Shown in pieces: positions 55,862 through 64,000 of a DNA stretch of 64,000 nucleotides. The notes below the pieces were generated by a model, which was not told where the DNA came from, did not search any database, and saw nothing but the letters and a program-made list of their open reading frames with translations. The DNA is taken from assembly GCA_944320465.1 (NCBI GenBank), contig CALUHO010000006.1, positions 43,870 through 107,869 on the forward strand, in the 5' to 3' direction. The translations under genes and the position numbers were made by a program. The stretch is from an uncultured Bacteroidales bacterium (lineage in GTDB: Bacteria > Bacteroidota > Bacteroidia > Bacteroidales > P3). Numbering within the stretch: the stretch's first letter is position 1; the number at the start of each line of letters is the position of its first letter.

Positions 55862-57913
55862 TTATTTAATCAAGTCCACGCTGCGTTTGAGGAACTTGTG
55901 CAAAGCTTCGCCTTTCAATAATCCGTTGCTCAACAAAGCCAAGTCGATAAGCTGCCCTACTACCTTGTTGTCGGCACCATACCGGCCCAGCAAGTCGCGT
56001 TCCTTCTTGCCGAGGTCGGCCAGCTGGCGGTCCAAATCGGCAATGCGGTCCTTGTCCGAAGCCGGGACATCCTCCGGCTTGACATCCTTGTTCAAAGCGT
56101 TGATATCATCCTTCTGCTTCTGCAAATCCGCCTTCTGCTGCATTAAAGGCTGCATCTCTCCGCCCAAAGCCTCTTTTTCGGAAGCCAGCAGCTCCTTGAC
56201 CAAGCGATGGTCGGTATTGACCACCAAGTTGAACTGGTCGCCCATCTTGCCGTAGAAGCCCATTTCGGGATTGATTTCGGCCATATCCTTCATACGACGC
56301 ATGAATTCCGAACGGGTAATCAGCACCGGATCCGCCTCTTCACCCAAGGCTTCGAACGAAACCATGTACATGCCGCCATCCTTGGGCAACTGCGCATTGA
56401 AAATGCCCCGCAAATCGTCCTGTTCCTGCTGGCTCAGGCTTACAATCTTGGCTTCCTCCTTGGGAATCAGCTTGTCGATTACGTCCGAATCCACGCGCGT
56501 GAACCGGAAATCCGGGTTCTTCTGCTCCATGAAGTTGACGAAAGGCGTGTCGAAGACCCCATCCATGACCAATACATCGTAACCCTTGGCCTTGGCCGCC
56601 TGAATATAGCTGTATTCGCTGTCCACCTTGGAAGCATACAAGAATACCAGCTTCTTATCCTTGTCGGTCTGCAAATCGGCAATCACCTTCTTGTATTCAT
56701 CCAAGCTGAAATACTTGCCGTCGGTGTTCTTGAACAAGTAGAACTCCATGGCCCTTTCGGCAAATTTCTCATCGGTGAGGATGCCGTACTGGACAAAAAT
56801 CTTCAAGTCGTCCCATTTGCTTTCAAAATCGGAACGCTTGTTCTTGAACAAGTCCGCCAAGCTGTCGGCCACCTTCTTGGTGATGTGGTTCGAAATCTTC
56901 TTCACGTTGCGGTCGCTCTGCAAGTAGGAACGCGACACGTTCAACGGAATGTCCGGCGAATCGATGACCCCGTGCAGCAAGGTCAGGTATTCCGGCACGA
57001 TGCCTTCCACCGTGTCGGTCACATACACCTGGTTGCAGTAAAGCTGGATCTTGTTCTTCTGCAACTCCAGACGGGATGAAATCTTGGGGAAGTACAGAAT
57101 CCCCGTCAGCGTGAACGGATAATCCACGTTCAGGTGGATATGGAACAAGGGATCGGGCGCGGCCGGATAGAGGTCGTGGTAGAAACTCAGGTAATCCTCT
57201 TCCTTCAATTCGCTCGGCTTGCGCGTCCAAGCAGGATGCGTATCGTTGATAATCAAATCCTTATCTATATCCTCGTATTTGCCGTCCTTCCATTCCTTTT
57301 CCTTGCCGCAAATGATTTCCACCGGCAGGAAACGGCAGTATTTCTTCAGCAGGTACTGGATCTTTTCTTCGCCGGCAAATTCCTCGTCCTCCTTGGTCAG
57401 ATGCAGCACCACATCCGTTCCCCTCTCGGCCTTGTCGCATTCTTCCATCTCGTAATCCGTCGTGCCTTCGCAGCTCCAATGCACCGCTTTGGCCCCTTCC
57501 TGGTAGGAACGGCTGAAGATTTCCACCTTGCTGCTGACCATGAAAGCCGAGTAGAAACCCAGACCGAAATGCCCGATGATGGCATTGCCGGCATCCTTGT
57601 ACTTCTTCAGGAACTCTTCCGCGCCCGAGAACGCAATCTGGTTGATGTATTTTTCCACCTCTTCGGCCGTCATCCCGATACCTTGGTCGCTGATGGTCAA
57701 TGTACCTGCCTTTTTGTCAGCCTTGACCGTGACCCTCAAGCCCTCGGTGCTGCCCTTGAACACGCCCGACGAAGCCAGCGTCTTCAGCTTCTGCGTGGCA
57801 TCCACGGCATTGGAGACCAGTTCGCGTAAGAATATCTCATGATCCGAATAAAGGAACTTTTTGATAATAGGGAACAAATCCTGCGTCGAAACGCCAATCT
57901 TGCCTTTTGTCAT
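55862..57913 (-). CDS. htpG: Molecular chaperone HtpG (Hsp90)
   Basis: LYSDHEIFLRELVSNAVDA, GHFGLGFYSAFMV, 683 aa. Confidence 0.9.
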   Translation of the reverse strand: MTKGKIGVSTQDLFPIIKKFLYSDHEIFLRELVSNAVDATQKLKTLASSGVFKGSTEGLRVTVKADKKAGTLTISDQGIGMTAEEVEKYINQIAFSGAEEFLKKYKDAGNAIIGHFGLGFYSAFMVSSKVEIFSRSYQEGAKAVHWSCEGTTDYEMEECDKAERGTDVVLHLTKEDEEFAGEEKIQYLLKKYCRFLPVEIICGKEKEWKDGKYEDIDKDLIINDTHPAWTRKPSELKEEDYLSFYHDLYPAAPDPLFHIHLNVDYPFTLTGILYFPKISSRLELQKNKIQLYCNQVYVTDTVEGIVPEYLTLLHGVIDSPDIPLNVSRSYLQSDRNVKKISNHITKKVADSLADLFKNKRSDFESKWDDLKIFVQYGILTDEKFAERAMEFYLFKNTDGKYFSLDEYKKVIADLQTDKDKKLVFLYASKVDSEYSYIQAAKAKGYDVLVMDGVFDTPFVNFMEQKNPDFRFTRVDSDVIDKLIPKEEAKIVSLSQQEQDDLRGIFNAQLPKDGGMYMVSFEALGEEADPVLITRSEFMRRMKDMAEINPEMGFYGKMGDQFNLVVNTDHRLVKELLASEKEALGGEMQPLMQQKADLQKQKDDINALNKDVKPEDVPASDKDRIADLDRQLADLGKKERDLLGRYGADNKVVGQLIDLALLSNGLLKGEALHKFLKRSVDLIK

Positions 57914-58164
57914 AATTTTTTCTCCTTTTTGTTTCCGAGAAATGATGGAGCGAACCCATCAGAGGGAATCGCGGCAGTCCGTGTTTCCGGCAACGGTCCG
58001 CGGGCTTCAAGCTCCTACCCCTCCTTTTCCGGAAAATTTCCGGATGCATCATCCACCCAATTACGTGCCAAAGACAGAAGTGTGACAAATTTGCAGTTTT
58101 GCTGTTGCTCGCCGGAAATCCTATGGCAAAGAATCTCGACAAGGCACCTCGGCTTGCCCTGTTG

Positions 58165-58560
58165 CCTTGAACCAAAATCGGTTTTAGGCAGATTGTCCGC
58201 TTATGGCATGCAGATTGTTCCCCACTTAGCCGAAGGCGTAGCGGGCCAAGTCGAGGCGTAATGGGGAGCAAGATGCGGATAGAAGCGGACAAGATGTCCA
58301 AAAGCACCATTTTCGCAATCGGAAACGAACCCGGCAAGCCTAATGACCGTGGAGTTGAACCCAAATCGGTCATTAGGCTTCGGGGAGATTGCCCGCTTGT
58401 GTCATGCAGCATGCTTCTGGCCTAGCCGAAGGCGTAGCGGGCTACGTCGAGGCGTAGCGAGAAACAGGATGCGGACAGAAGCGGGCAAGATGCCCGAAAG
58501 CCTCATTTTCCCAATCAAAAACGGACTCGGCGTGTCTAATGACCGATTTGGGTTGAGAAG
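58165..58560. repeat. Tandem duplication, about 2 x 190 bp, in a 920-bp non-coding gap
   Basis: TAGCCGAAGGCGTAGCGGGC, AAGATGCGGA(T/C)AGAAGCGG(A/G)CAAGATG and CTAATGACCG recur about 190-195 bp apart. There is an internal inverted repeat, CCTAATGACC...GGTCATTAGG. Confidence 0.7.
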
Positions 58561-58834
58561 CTGTTTAAAATTTTTTACAATCCTGAAAAGAATGAATCTT
58601 GAGGGGGCGGTTTCAGGATTTTGTTTGCCCATCGGGGGCTATTTGGGGTCTTGCTTGCGTTTTTCACGTCAGATAGCTGGGCTATCCTCCTTTGAAAAAC
58701 GCGGCGCCATCCCTCCAAATCCCCTCCCGATGGCCTAAACAAATAAATTTAAACAGCTTCTGAAGCAGAAGATTGCCATTCAGGCGAAGGATGATTATAT
58801 TTGTCCGTATTTTTGATGTTCAAGAAACAAGCTT

Positions 58835-59119
58835 ATGGAAACAAACAACACGCAAAGACCTGTCATCGTTCAAGAAAGACCCCGTACCAACGGCATGGGC
58901 ATAGCCGGTTTTGTCATGTCCCTCATCACGCTGTTCTTCGGCTGGATTCCGGTTTTCGGCTGGGTGATTTGGATCTTATCCTTGGTATTCTCATTCATCG
59001 CTGTCTTCAAGAGACCTCGCGGGCTTGCCATCGCCGGGCTTATCCTGTCCATTGTCGGCCTGATTTTCATCGTGTTTCTCTACGCCTTGATTGCAGCGCT
59101 GGCAGCCGATGAGCTTTGA
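58835..59119 (+). CDS. Small membrane protein (DUF4190-like)
   Basis: 94 aa with two or three TM helices and the GIAGFVMSLITLFFGWIP...GLAIAGLILSIVGLIF pattern. Confidence 0.6.
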   Translation: METNNTQRPVIVQERPRTNGMGIAGFVMSLITLFFGWIPVFGWVIWILSLVFSFIAVFKRPRGLAIAGLILSIVGLIFIVFLYALIAALAADEL

Positions 59120-59130
59120 TTCCCGGCATG

Positions 59131-60999
59131 TCACGCCGTCTCGGCAGCCTTGTTCTTGGCTATCTTCCAGTATTCGGAAGGCGTCATACCCACCTGCTTC
59201 TTGAACTGTTGGGTAAAGGTGACCCGGTTGCCGAAACCGGCCAGCTTGGCGATATATTCCAGCGTGTACCCCGTATTGGAGACATCTTCCAACAAAAGGC
59301 AGGCTTTGCGGATACGGTACTCGTTGACCAAAGTGCTGAAAGACTTGTGGAAATGCTCGTTGACAATGCGCGACACATACGTAGTATTGGAATTCAACTG
59401 TTTGGAGAGCTTGTCCAAGGTAAAGTCTTCCTGCGTGTAGCATTCCTCTTCATCAAAAAGCCGCTCGATTTCATATTCGATATACCGGATCTGCTTTTCC
59501 TCCATACGCAAGGCAGTATGCGAAGATGAAACGCCTTGAGGTTCCACATCTTCCATGCCCTCTTCAACAACCGCTTTTCCCTCTGCATTCTCTTGCTTGA
59601 CTGCCATGTCCATTGAGGGGATTCCGTCCAAATCCCCCGCTTGGGAAGAAACCATGCCGTTGCCAGGCAATTCCGACCAGTCCTCCTGCTTGTCTGTTTC
59701 CTCCTTTTTGGGATGTTCCAAAGCCAGTAATTTCCGAGTCTTCTCGTACAACAAGCGGTTCATCCTCTCCTTGCGCCGCTTGTTCAAGTAAAGGACAAAC
59801 AAAAATGCCAGGCCCAAAGACAGCAAGGCCGTCAAGGACAAGAATACCGAACGCTGGTTGCGGATAATCTCTCCTTTGTAGACCGAATCGTAATGAAGTT
59901 CGGCCATACGGCGTTCCTGAGCCCGTTGCAGGATCACGTAATCCAAATTCTGCTGTTCGGATCGGACGCTTTTTTCCTGCAAGGTCCGGGCAAGTTCCAT
60001 ATACTCCTGCACACACTCCCGGTATCGAGCAGTATTGCCGGAAAGGGAATAAAGTCCTATCTGTTCATAGCGAACCGCTTGGGTCATTTCCAGATACTGT
60101 TTCTGCTGATAACCGGCATAAGAACGCTCGTAATAAAAGAGGGCCGAATCATACGCTTCCAAGCCTTGAAAAGCCATGGCTATATCCTGGTATACCGAGG
60201 CATAGAAAGCCACCGTATCCACCGAATTGGGTCCGCAGCACAAAGACGCTTTGGCCCAATGCAAAGCTTCCGCATAGTCCTTCTTCTGCAAGCCGAGGAA
60301 CATCCTGGCCCGGCACTGGCTGAAACAGGCCATCGGCAAAGTGTCGTAGGTTTCCGATTCCAATTTCTCAAGGCACCATTCCACGCCCGGCACAGAGGTC
60401 CCGCCCATGGCGCAAGTAAGGCGGTTTCCTATCATCAGGAGCGCTTCTTCATACTGCCCGGATTCCTCAAACATCCGGAAGCTTTGTTCAGACAAATCCC
60501 AAGCCTTATCGTAATCCTGCACGGTAGCATACAACATAGCCAGGTTCGCCTGCGTATACGGATCTTCTATCCCGAATTCCATGGAAACCTCCAAAGCATC
60601 CAGAAACAAAGACAATCCTTGTGCCGTATGCCCTTTGACAAAAGCATATACACCGGCTTGGTTCACTTGATCCACCCATTCCCGGGCAGCCGACGGGTTC
60701 CCGATCTGATAACGGTTCTGCAACAAAGCCGTGAAATGCTGGAACAAAGTATCCTCCTCTCCGAGCCAGCTGAAATCCCCGGAATTGACGGAATCCTCCA
60801 ACGGAAAAGGCAGAAGGTCCTCGCTGCCCGCATCCAACGGCTCCATTCCGCCGGAATAGCGACAGGACGGCAAAGTGGACAACCCGAACAGGACTCCTAT
60901 CATATATAGGAACAAGGATACCCGGCAACATAGATTCCGGACGAAATGCTTTCCAATAAAGCTTTTGCAAATGCAAGCCCGACGTACTTTTCCGCTCAT
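59131..60999 (-). CDS. One-component transmembrane regulator (TPR-like sensor + TM + AraC-type HTH), paralog of 47575..49281
   Basis: C-terminal LDKLSKQLNSNTTYVSRIVNEHFHKSFSTLVNEYRIRKAC...GFGNRVTFTQQFKKQVGMTPSEY. The internal TM is VFLSLTALLSLGLAFLFVLYL. The true start may be the lipoprotein-like Met near 60903 (MIGVLFGLSTLPSC). Confidence 0.75.
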   Translation of the reverse strand: MSGKVRRACICKSFIGKHFVRNLCCRVSLFLYMIGVLFGLSTLPSCRYSGGMEPLDAGSEDLLPFPLEDSVNSGDFSWLGEEDTLFQHFTALLQNRYQIGNPSAAREWVDQVNQAGVYAFVKGHTAQGLSLFLDALEVSMEFGIEDPYTQANLAMLYATVQDYDKAWDLSEQSFRMFEESGQYEEALLMIGNRLTCAMGGTSVPGVEWCLEKLESETYDTLPMACFSQCRARMFLGLQKKDYAEALHWAKASLCCGPNSVDTVAFYASVYQDIAMAFQGLEAYDSALFYYERSYAGYQQKQYLEMTQAVRYEQIGLYSLSGNTARYRECVQEYMELARTLQEKSVRSEQQNLDYVILQRAQERRMAELHYDSVYKGEIIRNQRSVFLSLTALLSLGLAFLFVLYLNKRRKERMNRLLYEKTRKLLALEHPKKEETDKQEDWSELPGNGMVSSQAGDLDGIPSMDMAVKQENAEGKAVVEEGMEDVEPQGVSSSHTALRMEEKQIRYIEYEIERLFDEEECYTQEDFTLDKLSKQLNSNTTYVSRIVNEHFHKSFSTLVNEYRIRKACLLLEDVSNTGYTLEYIAKLAGFGNRVTFTQQFKKQVGMTPSEYWKIAKNKAAETA

Positions 61000-61400
61000 G
61001 GCATATCAAAATTTCCGTTGCAGCATCAAAATTTCCGTCAGCGAAATTACAAAAAAAACGTAGTGGGATGACGCTTCTTTTCCCATTAAAGGCATCTTAG
61101 GGGGGAGCCGTGATAAGATTTATAAATGCAATCATTCTACAGCACCACAAAGACGTTTTTTATCAAAAAAGTTCTTTACGTTTGCTTCGGGACCACGGAA
61201 GAAAACAGCCCTGCCTCCCGGTGGCAAAAACAAAAAAAACGTAGTAGTCCGGTCTGAATGCAAAGCCGTCTTGCCCCGGATTCACGTCCAGAAAACGGGA
61301 GAAAACAGAGCAGGACTCTTCCCCAAACTGAAAACACAAGAAAACGCAGACTAAAGGGAAAAAGTCATCAATCAAAACTTATAACCAAAAACTTTTCATT

Positions 61401-64000
61401 ATGGATTCAATGAAAAAAATTACCAACCTTTTGATGGCAGCGGGAATGCTTACCCTGCCATGCGCCCTTTCTTACGGGCAGAACACCACTTCCCGCTTAA
61501 GCCGAGCCGGAATGGAACAGAAGCCGATTGAAGCTGTCCAAAAGCATTCGCCTCTTCAAAAGCAGACGCATCCCCTGTTCCGCAGCGGGAACGGCCAGCA
61601 ACTTCCTGCATCAAGCCTGGTCCTGACCGACATGCGGAAAGCCGACGACCCTACGAAGGCTAAAATCACCTTGAACGTGCAATGGCAATGGGAAACCGGC
61701 GGAGGATACCAGATAGTCCTGGACGCCGATGCCGATACGTACGGGTCGGTGATTCCCACGGACGGCTACATGGCGGCGGGCGATGCCGATTATTCGGAAT
61801 TCGAGTACTTCCTGCCCGAAGATGCGACGGGAACCGTGGCCGACGGACACTGGATTGAAAGCGGTTCGGCCTCTATCTTGATAGAGCCTGGCGTGTACGA
61901 CTACGCTGTGACCAACCCCGACCCTGCTACGCCCGCCGTCTGGATTCCCCGCGGGCCGCAGGCTATCGGAGACGATTTCGAATTTGCGGCCGGCGTGGAA
62001 TACGTCTTTACCATCTGTGCCGCCCCCGTGCAGGACGAAGACGGGAACGACAGCTGCTACCTCTCCCTCATAGCGCCTGTGGACATGGAAGTTGTGGAAA
62101 TCATCAGCCCGGCATCGGGTAGCGGGCTGGAACAGGAAGAGGTTACCGTGTCGGTCCGCAACAGCGGTTTGGAAGCGGTTTCTTCTTTCGTCCTCCGTTT
62201 GACTGTGGATGAAGGAACCACCGTCGAGGAAACCGTCAGCCAGGAACTGCAGGCACGAGCCAGCATGGAATACACTTTCGCGGCCAAGGCCGACCTGAGC
62301 AATCCGGGGGAACACAAAGTGAAGGTGGAAGTAGTGTCGGACGGCGATCTGGTCGCTTCCAACAACAGCCTGGAAAAGACCGTGTACAACGCCAAGCCTC
62401 TGTCCCTTCCCTACCATTGCGATTTCAACGAAGCTTCCGACATGGAAGCCTGGATTGTCATCGATGCCAATGAAGACGGCATGACTTGGGAATGGGAAGC
62501 CGCAGATCCCGATGACGGAGAGTATTACAAGGCCGAACCGGGCAACAGCGGGTCGGTCAAAATCGATTACGCGTACAGCACGCCCAAAGACGACTACCTG
62601 ATTACGATGAGCCCCTTGCAGATTCCCGCCGGGGACAACCATATCAGTTTCTGGTACAGAGGCGGATGGGGAACTTGGGGCATAGAAAGCATGAAAGTCC
62701 TGTGGGGAAAAAGTTCAGACCCGGCCGAAATGGAAGTTTTGGGCGAATACATGGATTTTGTGAAAAACGAATACGAACAGGTCGCCATCAATTTCAATGT
62801 GGCTGAAGAGGGAGACTACTACTTTGCTTTCTACGCCTGCTCCCCTGCCAACCAGATGAACATCAATATCGACGAAGTCGAAGTCAAGACCGGTAAATTC
62901 GCAGGCATGCCCGACATAGCAGTAACCAAAGTGGTATTGCCCACTTCCGGTTGCGGTTTGAACGATGCGGCTATCGGTGCTGAAATCAGCAACATCGGCA
63001 TGGCGGATGTGAATTCCATCACGCTTTCCTATTCCGTGGACGGGGGTACCGCCGTGGAAGAAACCTTTGCCCAGCCTTTGGCGATGGGCGAAACCAGGAT
63101 TTTCACGTTCTCGCAGACCGCGGACTTTTCGACTCCTGACCATAAATACGGGGTTGTTGTAACGGCTACTCTGGGCGCGGACAGCCAAGAGGAGAATCTG
63201 GAAAACAACCAAGCCACCGATTCGGTAATGAATTTTTCTCCGGCGGAAGTGCCTTTCTACTGCGACTTCACAACGGCGGAAGGCCGCGAACAATGGACAT
63301 CTTCGGTCGGCGCATGGGTATATGACGACTGGATTTGGTATGCCCTGCAATCGTTCAGCACGGATGCCTTGGTATCGCGCTGCGTGGCTTTGGAAGAAGG
63401 CAAAAACTACCGCATCTCGGTCAATTACCAAGGCGGCGCCAATTCCATGCTGGGCAATGTGACGGACGATTTCGCAGTTCTCTACGGACTTTCCGGAACA
63501 TCCATGTCGGAATGGGATACGCTGAAAACCTACCGGGGCATCAATACGGAGTTCTCTTTCGTGGAAGAAAACATAGCCTTTACTTGCGAAGATGCTGGTG
63601 ATTACAGCTTTGCCATCCAGCCTTTGACCAACCATGAAACGTTCTTCCTCAAATCCGTCCGGATCCAAGAAGAACAAGCGTACGATGTGCGTCTCAACTC
63701 TTTCGGCGGTTTTGCCCGGATGATGCCAGTGGATCAGACCGGCACAGAGTGGCAGGTGGAAGTGGAGGTGGAAAACCGGGGCGCCACCAAGGTAGACAGC
63801 GCTTTGGTTGTCGTTTATTCCGGCGAGCAGGAACTCGGACGGGGGAAAGTCCCTGTGGGCGAACAGAAAGCCATCGGCAAAGGATGGGTCTCCATCCAAG
63901 TCCCTGCCGGGCAAACTAACCAGGAACTCAAACTGAAAGCAGTAGCCAGCGTGGAAGGGGAAGAAGACCTGAATCCCGACAATGAAATCGAGAAGACCGT
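61401..64000 (+). CDS. Large secreted gingipain-adhesin-like protein (DUF2436-like N-terminal domain, repeated choice-of-anchor-J/cleaved-adhesin-like and CARDB-like domains), 3' end beyond the window
   Basis: It is absent from the ORF track because it has no stop in the window. My hand translation from ATG 61401 (or 61410) is open to 64000. It reads MDSMKKITNLLMAAGMLTLPCALSYGQ..., then GGGYQIVLDADADTYGSVIP and CDFNEASDMEAWIVIDANEDGMTWEW, with repeated ...VRNSGLEAVSSF... modules. The minus ORFs 61611..62642 and 62715..63914 are shadows. Confidence 0.8.
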   Translation, partial: MDSMKKITNLLMAAGMLTLPCALSYGQNTTSRLSRAGMEQKPIEAVQKHSPLQKQTHPLFRSGNGQQLPASSLVLTDMRKADDPTKAKITLNVQWQWETGGGYQIVLDADADTYGSVIPTDGYMAAGDADYSEFEYFLPEDATGTVADGHWIESGSASILIEPGVYDYAVTNPDPATPAVWIPRGPQAIGDDFEFAAGVEYVFTICAAPVQDEDGNDSCYLSLIAPVDMEVVEIISPASGSGLEQEEVTVSVRNSGLEAVSSFVLRLTVDEGTTVEETVSQELQARASMEYTFAAKADLSNPGEHKVKVEVVSDGDLVASNNSLEKTVYNAKPLSLPYHCDFNEASDMEAWIVIDANEDGMTWEWEAADPDDGEYYKAEPGNSGSVKIDYAYSTPKDDYLITMSPLQIPAGDNHISFWYRGGWGTWGIESMKVLWGKSSDPAEMEVLGEYMDFVKNEYEQVAINFNVAEEGDYYFAFYACSPANQMNINIDEVEVKTGKFAGMPDIAVTKVVLPTSGCGLNDAAIGAEISNIGMADVNSITLSYSVDGGTAVEETFAQPLAMGETRIFTFSQTADFSTPDHKYGVVVTATLGADSQEENLENNQATDSVMNFSPAEVPFYCDFTTAEGREQWTSSVGAWVYDDWIWYALQSFSTDALVSRCVALEEGKNYRISVNYQGGANSMLGNVTDDFAVLYGLSGTSMSEWDTLKTYRGINTEFSFVEENIAFTCEDAGDYSFAIQPLTNHETFFLKSVRIQEEQAYDVRLNSFGGFARMMPVDQTGTEWQVEVEVENRGATKVDSALVVVYSGEQELGRGKVPVGEQKAIGKGWVSIQVPAGQTNQELKLKAVASVEGEEDLNPDNEIEKT

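Noticed and set aside
57837-58412. 191-aa minus ORF upstream of htpG
   Set aside because: It overlaps the htpG start codon region and runs through the tandem repeat. It has a low-complexity R/L/S/P composition.
61611-63914. Two long minus-strand ORFs (343 and 399 aa) at the right end
   Set aside because: They are antisense shadows of an unlisted + strand ORF that is open from 61401 to the window end. That ORF has a signal peptide and adhesin-domain motifs.

Overview
This is a Bacteroidales (Bacteroidota) chromosomal segment of mostly moderate-to-high GC. The assignment rests on TAnnTTTG/-33 TTTG promoters, T9SS C-terminal sorting domains, a V-type ATPase operon containing DUF2764, and AAA-ATPase/PDDEXK_9 paralogs.

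The core part is ordinary housekeeping:
- typA and tatAC
- tRNA-Ala and tRNA-Asn
- a sigma54-type response regulator and an ABC exporter
- glnA, cca-miaA, purH, ung and aroQ
- a 7-gene V-ATPase operon
- marC, ptb and a MATE pump
- murU-namZ and korAB
- rnpB, a HepT/MntA toxin-antitoxin pair and htpG

The most unusual region is 32.2-41.9 kb. Two about 1.5 kb directly repeated AAA-ATPase/PD-(D/E)XK paralogs flank a compositionally mosaic cassette, all on the minus strand. The gene order is:
1. a short tyrosine recombinase
2. a 21-bp perfect inverted-repeat pair enclosing about 140 bp with two promoter -7 motifs (candidate inverton, currently pointing away from the operon)
3. an MBL-fold (ComEC-type HxHxDH...PHHGS) protein
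4. a 17-unit 21-aa LRR surface protein whose T9SS sorting domain is detached by a frameshift
5. a second, AT-rich, divergent MBL-fold paralog

I cannot match this cassette to any named system from memory. I flag it as the best candidate for a new, possibly phase-variable, system.

Other notable signals:
- A dispersed family of about 123-nt long-hairpin repeats has a conserved GGAGCGTAC-N4-GTACGTGA apex and copy-specific self-complementary arms. There are five copies. Two sandwich rnpB, and one is interrupted by a second repeat type.
- A tandem array of three 83-bp units lies upstream of cca-miaA. The two complete units each carry a hairpin plus a full promoter.
- Two paralogous modules each pair a TPR-TM-AraC one-component regulator with a giant T9SS/gingipain-adhesin-like protein.

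All coordinates for RNAs, repeats and motifs were hand-counted and may be off by a few nt. No database search was possible.
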